The translations under genes and the position numbers were made by a program. 64,000 nt of DNA from Candidatus Saccharimonadota bacterium (GTDB lineage Bacteria > Patescibacteriota > Saccharimonadia > Saccharimonadales > OFTM59), in assembly GCA_029260855.1 (NCBI GenBank), contig JAJDCK010000004.1, positions 18,312 to 82,311 of the forward strand, read 5' to 3'. Of the stretch, positions 48,440 to 58,559 are shown one piece after another. Every line of letters starts with the position of its first letter. The first letter of the stretch is position 1. The notes below the pieces were generated by a model, which saw nothing but the letters and a program-made list of their open reading frames with translations, had not been told where the DNA came from and did no database searches.

Positions 48440-50935
48440 ATGATGCCACAATCATCAGAATTTCAAGAATTTTTGAATCATTTGACAAGCAATGCCTTGC
48501 AGAGTCTAAAACATGCGGACTCTATTGCACGAAGCTTTGGTAGTGCTTACGTGGGTACAGAACACCTACTGCTTGGCGTCCTTGCTCAAGACTCTAGCAT
48601 AGGCGCAAAGATGCTTGAGGGGATTGGCGTCACGCTGGATCGTGCGCGTTTGGCGCTAAACCTGACACCTAAAACGCTAGTTATTAATATGGGCGCAAAA
48701 GGGTTAAGCGAAACAGCTAAACTTACTCTTAATATGGCCTATGATATTGCTCAAGATTTTAGTCAGGAGTTCTGCGGTACTGAACACATCCTTTACAGTA
48801 TATTAAAGCAAAAGAACGCTAGGGCAACAGTACTATTGCGGGATATGAACGTGCCGTTAGACAATCTTCTGGGCGAGCTCGAACAGTTCTTGAACCGTCA
48901 GCAGTATGAGGATGAGGGCGAGCGAACCTCGGACAGCGTCCTTAGGAGTAAGAAGCAGCGCAAGACCGCACTCGACTTTTTCGGAACTGATTTAACCGCC
49001 CAAGCTAGAAGAGGAGAGCTTGATCCTGTCGTCGGCCGAGATGCTCAGATTAGGAGAGTGATTACGATACTAAATAGACGTACAAAAAATAACCCGGTAC
49101 TTATCGGAGAGCCAGGTGTCGGAAAAACAGCGATTGTAGAGGGCTTAGCTCAGCGCATTATCACAGAAGATGTGCCTGACAGCCTGTTAGAAAAAAGAAT
49201 TGTAATGTTGGACCTGGCTGGCATGATAGCTGGGACCAAATACCGAGGTGAATTCGAAGAACGCTTGAAGAAAGTAATGACCGAACTAAAAAATGACAAT
49301 AAAACCATAATTTTTATTGACGAGCTACATTTAATCGTTGGTGCCGGGGCTGCTGAGGGAGCGATGGATGCCGGGAATATTCTAAAACCAGCTCTAGCAC
49401 GCGGAAAGATACAGCTAATAGGTGCAACCACTACGGACGAATATACGAAGCATGTTGAAAAAGACGCAGCACTCGAAAGACGATTCCAGCCAATTCAGGT
49501 TCCCGAAACCACACCAGGAGAGACTCTTGCCATACTGAAGGGTTTACGAAGACATTATGAAGAGTTTCACGGAGTTGAAGCTGCTGATGAGGTCTTGGAA
49601 GACACCGTTAATTTCGCGAAACGCTATATCAATGACAGATTTATGCCCGACAAGGCTATTGACTTGCTTGACGAAACCTCAGCCCATCTCCGTGTTGACA
49701 AGGGTAAAACGCCACCCGAATTACGAAAGCTTCAAAAGGAGCTCAAACTTTGCAATGTTCGTAAAGAAGAAGCTGCTGAAATTGGCGACTATGAAAAAGC
49801 AGCCAGCTATAAACAGCGGGCCATACAAATCGGCGAAGAGATAAAGACGCTGCAGGCAAGCGGTAAAGTTGCTAATAAATTAATTATGACAAGTGACGAT
49901 ATAGCTGAGGTTGTTGCGCGCATGACGGGTGTGCCGGTAAAGAAGGTGATCAAGTCTGAGGCGAAATATCTGTTGAGCTTGGAGAAGAACCTTAGCAAGC
50001 ACGTAATAGGTCAAGAAGAGGCTGTTCATGCAGTCGCCCGAGCGGTACGTCGCAACCGTGTCGGCATAAGCGCAGGCACAAGGCCGATCGGTTCCTTTAT
50101 ATTCCTCGGGCCTACGGGCGTCGGGAAGACCGAGCTCGCACGAGTACTTGCGCGTGAATTCTTTGGTGGGGAAGAAGCGCTAGTAAAAATAGATATGAGT
50201 GAGTTTGGTGAGCGGCATTCTGCGGCCCGACTTGTAGGTGCTCCAGCTGGCTATGTTGGTTATGATGAAGGCGGGCAACTAACTGACAAGATTAGGCGCC
50301 AGCCGTATAGTCTTGTGCTGTTTGATGAAATAGAAAAAGCTCACCCCGAGGTTTTCAATATGCTGCTACAAATTCTTGAAGACGGTGCATTGACAGACGC
50401 TAAAGGGCGCAAGATAGATTTTACAAATACAATCGTCATTATGACAAGTAACATCGGTGCTGAAAAGTTACAGAAAGAGGCCAGCCTCGGTTTTCATGCG
50501 ACCAATGATGGAGAGTTGAGAGATCTTGATGCTTTGCATGCTGCAAACAAAAGCAAGGTACATGATGAATTAAAACAACTAATGCGTCCTGAGTTAATCA
50601 ATCGCATTGATAAGACAATCGTATTCCGGGCTCTAACCCGTAAGGACGTTATGAGAATCCTGGACCTGCAAATTGACCAGCTAAGAAAGCGACTTATTAA
50701 GCACGGTCTTGGCATAAAAGTTCACTTGTCTGCAAAACGTTACTTGTTAAAGCACGGATATGATGCGCATAACGGTGTAAGGCCAATGCGTCGGCAAATA
50801 CAAGACACAATTGAAGATCATGTTGCAAGCGCACTGCTAAAAGAAAACTATGCAAGCGGCGTCATAGTAAATGTTAGCGCCAGTAAGGGCGAGCTAGTCT
50901 ACGAGCCTGTCACAGAATCGGTTAATGCCTCATAG
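48440..50935 (+). CDS. clpC: ATP-dependent Clp protease ATPase subunit ClpC
   Basis: Clp N-repeats, two AAA modules ([16 protein letters not shown]), UVR-like M domain, SLGF loop. Confidence 0.95.
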   Translation: MMPQSSEFQEFLNHLTSNALQSLKHADSIARSFGSAYVGTEHLLLGVLAQDSSIGAKMLEGIGVTLDRARLALNLTPKTLVINMGAKGLSETAKLTLNMAYDIAQDFSQEFCGTEHILYSILKQKNARATVLLRDMNVPLDNLLGELEQFLNRQQYEDEGERTSDSVLRSKKQRKTALDFFGTDLTAQARRGELDPVVGRDAQIRRVITILNRRTKNNPVLIGEPGVGKTAIVEGLAQRIITEDVPDSLLEKRIVMLDLAGMIAGTKYRGEFEERLKKVMTELKNDNKTIIFIDELHLIVGAGAAEGAMDAGNILKPALARGKIQLIGATTTDEYTKHVEKDAALERRFQPIQVPETTPGETLAILKGLRRHYEEFHGVEAADEVLEDTVNFAKRYINDRFMPDKAIDLLDETSAHLRVDKGKTPPELRKLQKELKLCNVRKEEAAEIGDYEKAASYKQRAIQIGEEIKTLQASGKVANKLIMTSDDIAEVVARMTGVPVKKVIKSEAKYLLSLEKNLSKHVIGQEEAVHAVARAVRRNRVGISAGTRPIGSFIFLGPTGVGKTELARVLAREFFGGEEALVKIDMSEFGERHSAARLVGAPAGYVGYDEGGQLTDKIRRQPYSLVLFDEIEKAHPEVFNMLLQILEDGALTDAKGRKIDFTNTIVIMTSNIGAEKLQKEASLGFHATNDGELRDLDALHAANKSKVHDELKQLMRPELINRIDKTIVFRALTRKDVMRILDLQIDQLRKRLIKHGLGIKVHLSAKRYLLKHGYDAHNGVRPMRRQIQDTIEDHVASALLKENYASGVIVNVSASKGELVYEPVTESVNAS

Positions 50936-51036
50936 CCGTATGCGCTAGAGTCATCTGGAGCAATCTTTTGCAAGGTGCTTCGTTGCCCGCATCTTATCCT
51001 GTATATGACAACGGCTGGCTATGATAGACTGACATT

Positions 51037-51999
51037 ATGCACGCGCTACGGCGAATAATAAAAACAACGCTTTTAGCGGCCATTATCGTAATGCCGTTTG
51101 TTGTGTTGTGGCAACATAGGAATATCACAGACTGGCTGCGCCTAAGAAATTATACCCCCCCTTCTCGCATTGCTGAACTTGCCCAGCACACACAAATGAC
51201 CGATGAAGCACGAAAGTTATTCTATGTTCATGCACCCGAGCTGAATGATAGGAGAGCGTTTAATCTCAATTGCGCAGGATTTGAGCAAACTATAGTCCTC
51301 GGTTGTTACATTACCCATAAGTCAATATTTATTTTTGATGTAGAAGATTCGCGGCTTGAAGGCATAGAAGAGGTAACTTCAGCGCATGAGACGCTTCATG
51401 CGGCGTATGACAGGCTTAGTGCAGCCGAAAAACAGAATGTTGACCGCATGACAAAAAACGCATTTGACGGTATCAAGAACGAGCGTATAAAGCAGGTTGT
51501 AAGGTCTTACGAAGAGCGTGACTCCACGGTTGTAAGTAATGAACTGCACTCCATACTCGCTACAGAAGTGCGGGAATTACCGGCGGATCTAGAGGCGTAC
51601 TATCGGCGATACTTTACTAATAGGCAGGCAGTAGTGGCGTTTTCCGAACAATATGAATCAGTGTTTACAGAAAAACAGAATCGTATTAAGTTTCTCAGCG
51701 AACAAATTGAGGTAATAGAAAATGAGCTCAGACAACAGAAAACAACGATTGATGAGTACGAAAATATTTTAAGCAACGATGCCGAACAATTAAGCGCCCT
51801 AAGGCAGGAAGGTAAGATTGAAGAATATAATAGTAGGGTAGGCCCCTATAATAATCGTGTCGGGCAGTATCGCACTTTGATCGCTGCTTATAATGTGAAG
51901 GTTCAAAAGATGAACCAAATAGTCGAAGAGCATAATTCGCTTGCTGTGGAGCAAAAAGAGCTTATCAACGCCATCGACAGCCATCAACCTTCGCTTTAA
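51037..51999 (+). CDS. Membrane-anchored putative zinc metallopeptidase with coiled-coil tail
   Basis: N-terminal TM, HETLH (HExxH), downstream NELHS, C-terminal heptads. Confidence 0.65.
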   Translation: MHALRRIIKTTLLAAIIVMPFVVLWQHRNITDWLRLRNYTPPSRIAELAQHTQMTDEARKLFYVHAPELNDRRAFNLNCAGFEQTIVLGCYITHKSIFIFDVEDSRLEGIEEVTSAHETLHAAYDRLSAAEKQNVDRMTKNAFDGIKNERIKQVVRSYEERDSTVVSNELHSILATEVRELPADLEAYYRRYFTNRQAVVAFSEQYESVFTEKQNRIKFLSEQIEVIENELRQQKTTIDEYENILSNDAEQLSALRQEGKIEEYNSRVGPYNNRVGQYRTLIAAYNVKVQKMNQIVEEHNSLAVEQKELINAIDSHQPSL

Positions 52000-52058
52000 C
52001 CCAGATGAATACTTGGCCACCTAGTGCTTCATTAAGTAAATGTGTGTAAACTTGCTGT

Positions 52059-53402
52059 ATGGCTAAAAGGGACACAGTACGATACGTTTGCACAAACTGC
52101 GGAGCAGAGCACAACACATGGGGCGGTCGTTGTCATGTATGTGGACAGTGGAACACCTTAGAGCAGCAACTCATTATCAAGCAGGGAAAATTAAAAAGTG
52201 GCGGAACGATTCTTCAGGTAGAAGACGTAACGAGCTCTATTAAGCGTGATCATAAAAGGCTGGCTAGTAATATTGCGGAAATTGATGATGTGCTTGGTGG
52301 AGGGTTAGTTTCCGGCAGTGTTAATCTGATTGCCGGCCAGCCGGGTATTGGCAAGAGTACGCTGCTGTTACAGGTTGCATATAATTTAGCAAAAGCACAT
52401 AGGGTTCTCTACGTTAGTGGCGAAGAGTCATCGCATCAGATCGGGATAAGAGCGGAAAGATTAGGGGCTAGCACCCAGGGGCTTCAACTTGCAACCAGCA
52501 CTGTAGCAGACGATATAGCTACCACGATTGCCAGCGGAAAATACGAAGCAGTTATCGTTGACTCCATACAAACACTGAGCTGCAAAGATATAGCCTCAGC
52601 TGCCGGTACAGTCAGCCAGATAACAAACAGTACGCAATTGCTTACGGCAGCTGCTAAGCAAACCGATACGTCACTCATTTTAGTTGGGCACGTAACCAAA
52701 GAAGGCTCAATTGCGGGCCCGAAAGTTTTAGAGCATGTTGTTGATGTTGTTTTGCAGCTGGAAGGTGATCGTTATGGCGGGTTTAAGGTGCTTAGAGCAA
52801 TCAAGAATCGTTATGGGACTACAAATGAAGCTGGCATTTTTGAAATGACCGACAAGGGTCTGCAGTCGGTGGACAACCCTTCTGCGGCTTTGCTTGCTGA
52901 AAGGCAGATTACTGACGGTTCAGTCGTGCTTGCAACCATAGAAGGTACCCGCCCATTACTAGTAGAGGTCCAGGCACTAGTAAATCGCACAAGTTATGGC
53001 TACCCCAAGCGTACAGCTAGCGGAATAGATTTAAATAGACTTAACCTGCTTGTGGCTATGCTAGAAAAGCGCACCAAACTAAACCTGGCCGATCAAGACA
53101 TCTATATAAATATCGTTGGTGGTATACGTCTAAGTGAGCCAGCTGCTGATTTGGCTATTTGCATGGCAATAGGTTCTGCAGCTAAGGGTTTGCAGCTTAA
53201 GAAAAACGCAGTAGTTTTTGGCGAAGTAGGTCTAAGCGGAGAGGTACGTCACGTTCCATTTGTAGAAAAACGTGTTGCAGAAGCAAAAAAACTTGGTTTT
53301 GAAGTATGTATTGGCCCGCAATTGAAAAACAGAAAACTCACAAAATATCTGGCAGTTTCAGACATACGCATCGCGCTGAATTCAGTATTAGAAGGTAAGT
53401 AA
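52059..53402 (+). CDS. radA: DNA repair protein RadA/Sms
   Basis: C4 zinc finger, GQPGIGKST, KNRYG, Lon-like C-terminal domain. Confidence 0.97.
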   Translation: MAKRDTVRYVCTNCGAEHNTWGGRCHVCGQWNTLEQQLIIKQGKLKSGGTILQVEDVTSSIKRDHKRLASNIAEIDDVLGGGLVSGSVNLIAGQPGIGKSTLLLQVAYNLAKAHRVLYVSGEESSHQIGIRAERLGASTQGLQLATSTVADDIATTIASGKYEAVIVDSIQTLSCKDIASAAGTVSQITNSTQLLTAAAKQTDTSLILVGHVTKEGSIAGPKVLEHVVDVVLQLEGDRYGGFKVLRAIKNRYGTTNEAGIFEMTDKGLQSVDNPSAALLAERQITDGSVVLATIEGTRPLLVEVQALVNRTSYGYPKRTASGIDLNRLNLLVAMLEKRTKLNLADQDIYINIVGGIRLSEPAADLAICMAIGSAAKGLQLKKNAVVFGEVGLSGEVRHVPFVEKRVAEAKKLGFEVCIGPQLKNRKLTKYLAVSDIRIALNSVLEGK

Positions 53403-53414
53403 GCTAACAACTTT

Positions 53415-56400
53415 TTAATTAGTAACTACTACTGTATTAGACTGGCTTCCATCCTCATCTTTAGCATATACGGGTGTCCCTACGGGTGCATTTGTGAGTA
53501 GTGTTGTACAGCTTGAGCCCGAAGAACTACAAAGGACAGCGTTAGTAGTAGCGTTATAAACAGTTACAGTCCCGTCTCCGTCAGACCAGTTAAAGCGCGT
53601 ATTTGCACCCTGGCGCTTGGCTGACTCAAAAACCGGAGTTTCATTATCGGTATCATCATTATTCGGGCTTACTGCGGTTATCGTGGCACTATCCTGAGCA
53701 TCATAAAGCACGCTGTCTATGACTTCTGCGGTGATTGTTTTAGCCCCTACAAAGTCAGGCGTATAGGTAAATGCAGCAACTGGTCCGTTTCCGGTTACAT
53801 TAAAGGAGCGTATGATTTGCCCGTCAACTATGAAGTTGACTGTGCCCGGAAATTTATCGCTAGATAAAGGATGAGTCCCAGCAACCACAGTTGCGCCTAT
53901 AAGATAACTGCTCCCTTGAGGTACGGCGCTGATAGAGATGCTTGGCTTGACATCACTACATTGATGTATATCATCTGTTCCTTCGGATGTGCCACTACCT
54001 CCAACGAATTTGTCTCCCGAAAATGCGGCTGCTCCTCCACCGGTTACTTCTTCTCGGGCACGAGCAGGGGTACAGTCGGTCGCAAGCTTATTTGAAACCT
54101 TGTCTATAGTCTGCTTCTTAGCTGCCACCTTCTTCTTGTACCAAGAAGGGTATAAGTCAGTAGCTGGACTTGGCTCTACGGAGCCCACACCAACATGCGT
54201 ACGAACAACAAACGCCGGCAAGACCTGAATCCCTGGGGGCCTTACGCGTTCTTCGGGTTTTAAACTGTCGTGTGCGCCTTGCATCCACCCTTGCAAGATT
54301 GGTTGTGTCATGTTCTCCATAAATCCTCGCATAGCAACCTGTCCGTTATGGTAGCCAACCCAAACGCCTGCTGCATAATGTGTTGAAAAGCCCATCATCC
54401 AGCCGTCTTTAGAGTCGTTGGTTGTACCGGTCTTATAGGATAGCTTGTGGCCCTTGTAGTTGTGTGGCTTGCGACTCAGATAACTAGCATTAGGGTCTGA
54501 CAGCATGTCGGCGACTATATAAGCTGATTCATCACGTATAACTTGTTCGCCAGCCTTCGGCTCCCACTTCTCCACGACATTGTCAGAGCCATCCTTGATC
54601 TCCAGGATGTATGTTTGGTCAAGACGATTGCCGTTACGCGAAATAGTTGCATAGCCATGCACGTGTTCGTCTAGCTGTAGATACGCCCCGTCACCGATTG
54701 CTGAAGAGGCATAACAAGGGGCTTCTTTGGTTAAGGTGATATCACCCTTCTGATAACACTTATAGCCATGATCTTCTGCGCCCATAAGTTTGTTGGCTGT
54801 TTCTATGGTTTTATCGATACCAGCTGTTAACATGGCTTTTACTGCCGGAATGTTACGAGAACCACCAAGCGCATAACGCAACGTTAGCGGCCCTGGCTCG
54901 CGGAAGTCATAGTTTTGAAGACAGTCCCCTGGCGGCGAAGTACGAGAGCGGTTGGTGCACGCATACCCTTCCAGTGGACCGAGGGTGTCGTAGAGCACCG
55001 AACCAGCACCAAACTGATCGGTATGCTCAATCAACGAAATATAATCATATGGTTTGATACTGGATCCAGGAGGGAGCTTGGCCCGCGCGTAGTTATTCTC
55101 TCCAAAGTCTAGATTACTAAAGTCTGACCCGCCGACTAGTGCAACTACTTGGCCAGTCTTTACGTCTTCGGCAACAAAAGCTGCTGTGTCCCCGCCTTGC
55201 CGTATAACTTGTGCCATGCCTTTTTGGACTTGTTCCTCGGCGAGCTTTTGTAAGTTCATATCTAGTGTGGTGGTTACTTTCCAGCCACCACAAGTAACAG
55301 TCTCCTTGCAACGTTCTTGTAGATGCTCTTTAGCCGCCAGTACAAACCAAGGAGCTTTTATGCCGTCATGCTTTTTCCTTCGTGGCTGTACCTTGGCTAC
55401 AGTGTCAATCCCCTTAGCTTCATCGCGCTGCTCGCCAGTAATCATGTTTTGCTTCTCCATTTGGTCTAATATGTAGTGCATACGACCTACAAGCGCTTCT
55501 TGGTTAAAACGAGCTCCGTTTGGAGAATAAAATGTGGGCGACTTAGGCATTGCAGCAAGGAAGGCCGCTTCGTCTAGGGTTAAATCTCTTGCCGGCTTAT
55601 TGAAATAATCCTGTGTAGCGGCCTCCACACCATACGTTATATCTCCGTACGGAGCGGTATCAAGGTATCCATGCAGTATCTCTTGCTTGCTATAGGTGCG
55701 CTCAAGTTCAACAGATAAAATAAGCTCTTTGACTTTGCGCGTGTAAGTTCGTTCATTAGTCCAGTTTTGTGTTAACTTAACTAGTTGCTGAGTGATAGTT
55801 GAGCCTCCCTGTGTGGAGCCTTCACGATCTAGTATGTTGTTAAAAGCCGCTCGGCTGATTCCTCTCACGTCAAAGCCGCCATGGCTAAAGAAGTCTTGAT
55901 CCTCAATAGCTATAGTTGCATCCTTCATAAACTGTGAAGCGTCACCGTGGACTGGTATCCGTTTCACCGCATCATAATCTTCCCACAGTAATGTCTGGTT
56001 TGTCTTGTCATAGTAGCGGATGCTGCCACCAATATTGCTTCCCGATATGTCGCGTAAGTTTGGCAAATCTTTTCTAAAGTATGCAAACAGCCCAACCAGT
56101 ATTAAGAACCCTGACACAATCCCTATGCCCGTGATCTTCAGCGCCATTAGCGCGCCCTCGCGGCTGAACCAGTATTTATAAAGACGCTTCGGGTGCATAC
56201 GGTAAATTATCCGCTTGAAACGACTCTTAGGCATCCCAGCCATCCTAAGTGCTCGCCTACGGGCGCTTGAGTCGCGCCGAGCATGCAATTTTTCTACGAT
56301 ATTGCGATGAACCTTTATGGTCTGCCCGGATCTGGTTGTGAACGTGCTTTTGGACTTGCGAGCACCGGAGCGCGCACGATTAGAGCGAGTGATTCGTGAC

Positions 56401-56417
56401 TTATTGCTGTTTCCCAT
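53415..56417 (-). CDS. Class A penicillin-binding protein (transglycosylase/transpeptidase)
   Basis: EDQDF, GGSTITQQLVK, RKVKE, SSIK, SRN, KTGT; C-terminal beta-rich domains. Confidence 0.93.
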   Translation of the reverse strand: MGNSNKSRITRSNRARSGARKSKSTFTTRSGQTIKVHRNIVEKLHARRDSSARRRALRMAGMPKSRFKRIIYRMHPKRLYKYWFSREGALMALKITGIGIVSGFLILVGLFAYFRKDLPNLRDISGSNIGGSIRYYDKTNQTLLWEDYDAVKRIPVHGDASQFMKDATIAIEDQDFFSHGGFDVRGISRAAFNNILDREGSTQGGSTITQQLVKLTQNWTNERTYTRKVKELILSVELERTYSKQEILHGYLDTAPYGDITYGVEAATQDYFNKPARDLTLDEAAFLAAMPKSPTFYSPNGARFNQEALVGRMHYILDQMEKQNMITGEQRDEAKGIDTVAKVQPRRKKHDGIKAPWFVLAAKEHLQERCKETVTCGGWKVTTTLDMNLQKLAEEQVQKGMAQVIRQGGDTAAFVAEDVKTGQVVALVGGSDFSNLDFGENNYARAKLPPGSSIKPYDYISLIEHTDQFGAGSVLYDTLGPLEGYACTNRSRTSPPGDCLQNYDFREPGPLTLRYALGGSRNIPAVKAMLTAGIDKTIETANKLMGAEDHGYKCYQKGDITLTKEAPCYASSAIGDGAYLQLDEHVHGYATISRNGNRLDQTYILEIKDGSDNVVEKWEPKAGEQVIRDESAYIVADMLSDPNASYLSRKPHNYKGHKLSYKTGTTNDSKDGWMMGFSTHYAAGVWVGYHNGQVAMRGFMENMTQPILQGWMQGAHDSLKPEERVRPPGIQVLPAFVVRTHVGVGSVEPSPATDLYPSWYKKKVAAKKQTIDKVSNKLATDCTPARAREEVTGGGAAAFSGDKFVGGSGTSEGTDDIHQCSDVKPSISISAVPQGSSYLIGATVVAGTHPLSSDKFPGTVNFIVDGQIIRSFNVTGNGPVAAFTYTPDFVGAKTITAEVIDSVLYDAQDSATITAVSPNNDDTDNETPVFESAKRQGANTRFNWSDGDGTVTVYNATTNAVLCSSSGSSCTTLLTNAPVGTPVYAKDEDGSQSNTVVVTN

Positions 56418-56507
56418 AGATTCACCCTATTATATCAAACTTATGCCTTAAGCAAGAGTTATGTGTGCTGATTTACAGGAGTTGGTATAGTATATTACAG
56501 TAAAACT

Positions 56508-57755
56508 ATGAAATTATCTGACGAACTCACCTGGCGCGGCTTTGTTAACCAGACGACGCTCAAAAATATCAAGGAGCTTGATAATGCTTCCCTGACTTTT
56601 TACTGGGGCGTGGACCCTAGCGCTCCTTCTATGACTATTGGTCATCTTGCGATGGCCATGATGGTTCGGCATTTTGTCTCGCATGGCCACAAGGCGGTGC
56701 TTCTGGTGGGCGGAGCAACAGGCATGATCGGTGACCCAGATGGTAAAAACGAAGAGCGTACGCTGAAAACAACTGAGGAAATAAATGACAACAAAAAAGC
56801 CATCGCACTACAGTATGAACAAGTTTTTGGCGGACTAGAGTTTAAGCTTGTTGATAATTACGAATGGTTTAAGGGCCTGGACTATTTACGATTTTTGAGA
56901 GAAATCGGGAAGCATGTGCCGATGAGGCAAATGCTGGGTCGCGAATTTGTCCAAGAGCGACTAAAAGATAATGGCGGCGGTATAAGCTACGCCGAGTTCA
57001 GCTATTCATTAATACAGGGTTACGATTTCTTACACCTGTTTCGGGAAATGGGAGTTACGCTCCAGGTTGCTGGGTCAGACCAGTGGGGCAATAGTATTGC
57101 TGGTGTTGATTTGATTCGCCGCATGACTGGTAAGCAAGCACATGTCTGGACTGCGCCACTTATCATTAACAAGCTGACCGGCAAAAAGTTCGGCAAGAGT
57201 GAAGAAGGTGCGCTTTGGCTGGATCCTGAGCTGACTAGCCCCTTTAAGTTCTATCAATTTTGGCTCAACGTGGATGACGCAGGAGTTGAGGATTACCTTA
57301 AGATTTATACGACGCTGACACAGAGCGAAGTTCAATCAATCATGAATAGGTTTAAATCGAATCCAGGAGAGCGACTCGCACAAAAAAGCTTGGCCTATGA
57401 AGCAACTAAGATAACTCACGGTTTAGAGCAGGCTGAAACACAAAGTAAAATTAGTGTGAGTTTGTTTAGCCGAAACTTCCAAGGTTTTTCGGCTAGTGAT
57501 TTTAAGCTGCTTGAAAGAGAGCTTCCTTTTATGGAAGTGGGCGAGGGAATAGTCATTACCGAAGTTCTGGTGGAGACGGGGCTAGCCAGCAGCAAGTCTG
57601 ACGCGCGTCAGCTGATAAGCGACGGGGCCATTACAAGTAGTCAGCGTGTTGATTTAACTTCAAGCGAAACAGTCCTACAGAAGAAAGATAGTCTTAACGG
57701 CTATATCGTGATTTTCAAAGGAAAGAAGTACCCGGCCTTAATTAAGGTTAAATAG
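56508..57755 (+). CDS. tyrS: Tyrosyl-tRNA synthetase
   Basis: TIGH (HIGH variant), QGYDF, GSDQWGN, KFGKS, S4 domain. Confidence 0.97.
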   Translation: MKLSDELTWRGFVNQTTLKNIKELDNASLTFYWGVDPSAPSMTIGHLAMAMMVRHFVSHGHKAVLLVGGATGMIGDPDGKNEERTLKTTEEINDNKKAIALQYEQVFGGLEFKLVDNYEWFKGLDYLRFLREIGKHVPMRQMLGREFVQERLKDNGGGISYAEFSYSLIQGYDFLHLFREMGVTLQVAGSDQWGNSIAGVDLIRRMTGKQAHVWTAPLIINKLTGKKFGKSEEGALWLDPELTSPFKFYQFWLNVDDAGVEDYLKIYTTLTQSEVQSIMNRFKSNPGERLAQKSLAYEATKITHGLEQAETQSKISVSLFSRNFQGFSASDFKLLERELPFMEVGEGIVITEVLVETGLASSKSDARQLISDGAITSSQRVDLTSSETVLQKKDSLNGYIVIFKGKKYPALIKVK

Positions 57756-57773
57756 TGTATACTTGTCCGAGTT

Positions 57774-58541
57774 ATGGCAAAAAATAAGCGCAAAAAAGCA
57801 GACCAATACGACAATGATAATTATAATTATCTGCACTATTGGACTGGCCGCGCATACGAACACGCTGCAGAAGAACTAGCAATTAAGCGATTGCTAAAGG
57901 GTAAGCATTTTAATTATGCGGTAGATATAGGCGGTGGATATGGGCGTTTGTGTGTGCTGCTACAAAACTACGCTGACAAAGTAACTCTAGCCGAACCGTC
58001 CCAGGCCCAACTTGATATTGCCGCTGCTTATCTTAAAAAATATCCGCGAATTGAGCTGAAAAAAATGCAGGCTGATGACCTGAAATTCAAAGATGGCAGT
58101 GTGGATCTAATAACAATGATCCGTGTAATGCACCATTTGCCAGACCCCACACAAGAGTTTTCAGAACTGTCGCGCGTGCTTTCTGATAAAGGATATATTG
58201 TTCTTGAGATGGCTAATTATGCGCATGCCCGTAACCGTGTTAAGTATTTATTAAAAGGCAGGGCACTTCCAAAGCAGCCCATAGACATTCGTTCTGCCGA
58301 AAATCGCCGGGCTGAAGAAATAGCTTTTGTTAACCATAACCCCAAAACTGTAGTTAAGCAGCTGGCACACGCCGGCTTAAAAGTTGACCGCGTATTATCA
58401 GTCTCTAACCTGCGCTCACAAGGGCTTAAAAAGATTTTGCCACGCGCTCTAATGCTGGCAGCCGAACAGGTGCTTCAGCCTACTTTGGCTAAAACTTATT
58501 TCGGTCCCAGCGTGTTCTTTCTGGTCCGCAAAGCCAAATAA
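57774..58541 (+). CDS. Class I SAM-dependent methyltransferase
   Basis: VDIGGGYGR, RVMHHL. Confidence 0.9.
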   Translation: MAKNKRKKADQYDNDNYNYLHYWTGRAYEHAAEELAIKRLLKGKHFNYAVDIGGGYGRLCVLLQNYADKVTLAEPSQAQLDIAAAYLKKYPRIELKKMQADDLKFKDGSVDLITMIRVMHHLPDPTQEFSELSRVLSDKGYIVLEMANYAHARNRVKYLLKGRALPKQPIDIRSAENRRAEEIAFVNHNPKTVVKQLAHAGLKVDRVLSVSNLRSQGLKKILPRALMLAAEQVLQPTLAKTYFGPSVFFLVRKAK

Positions 58542-58559
58542 TTCTATACTTGCCTCACT

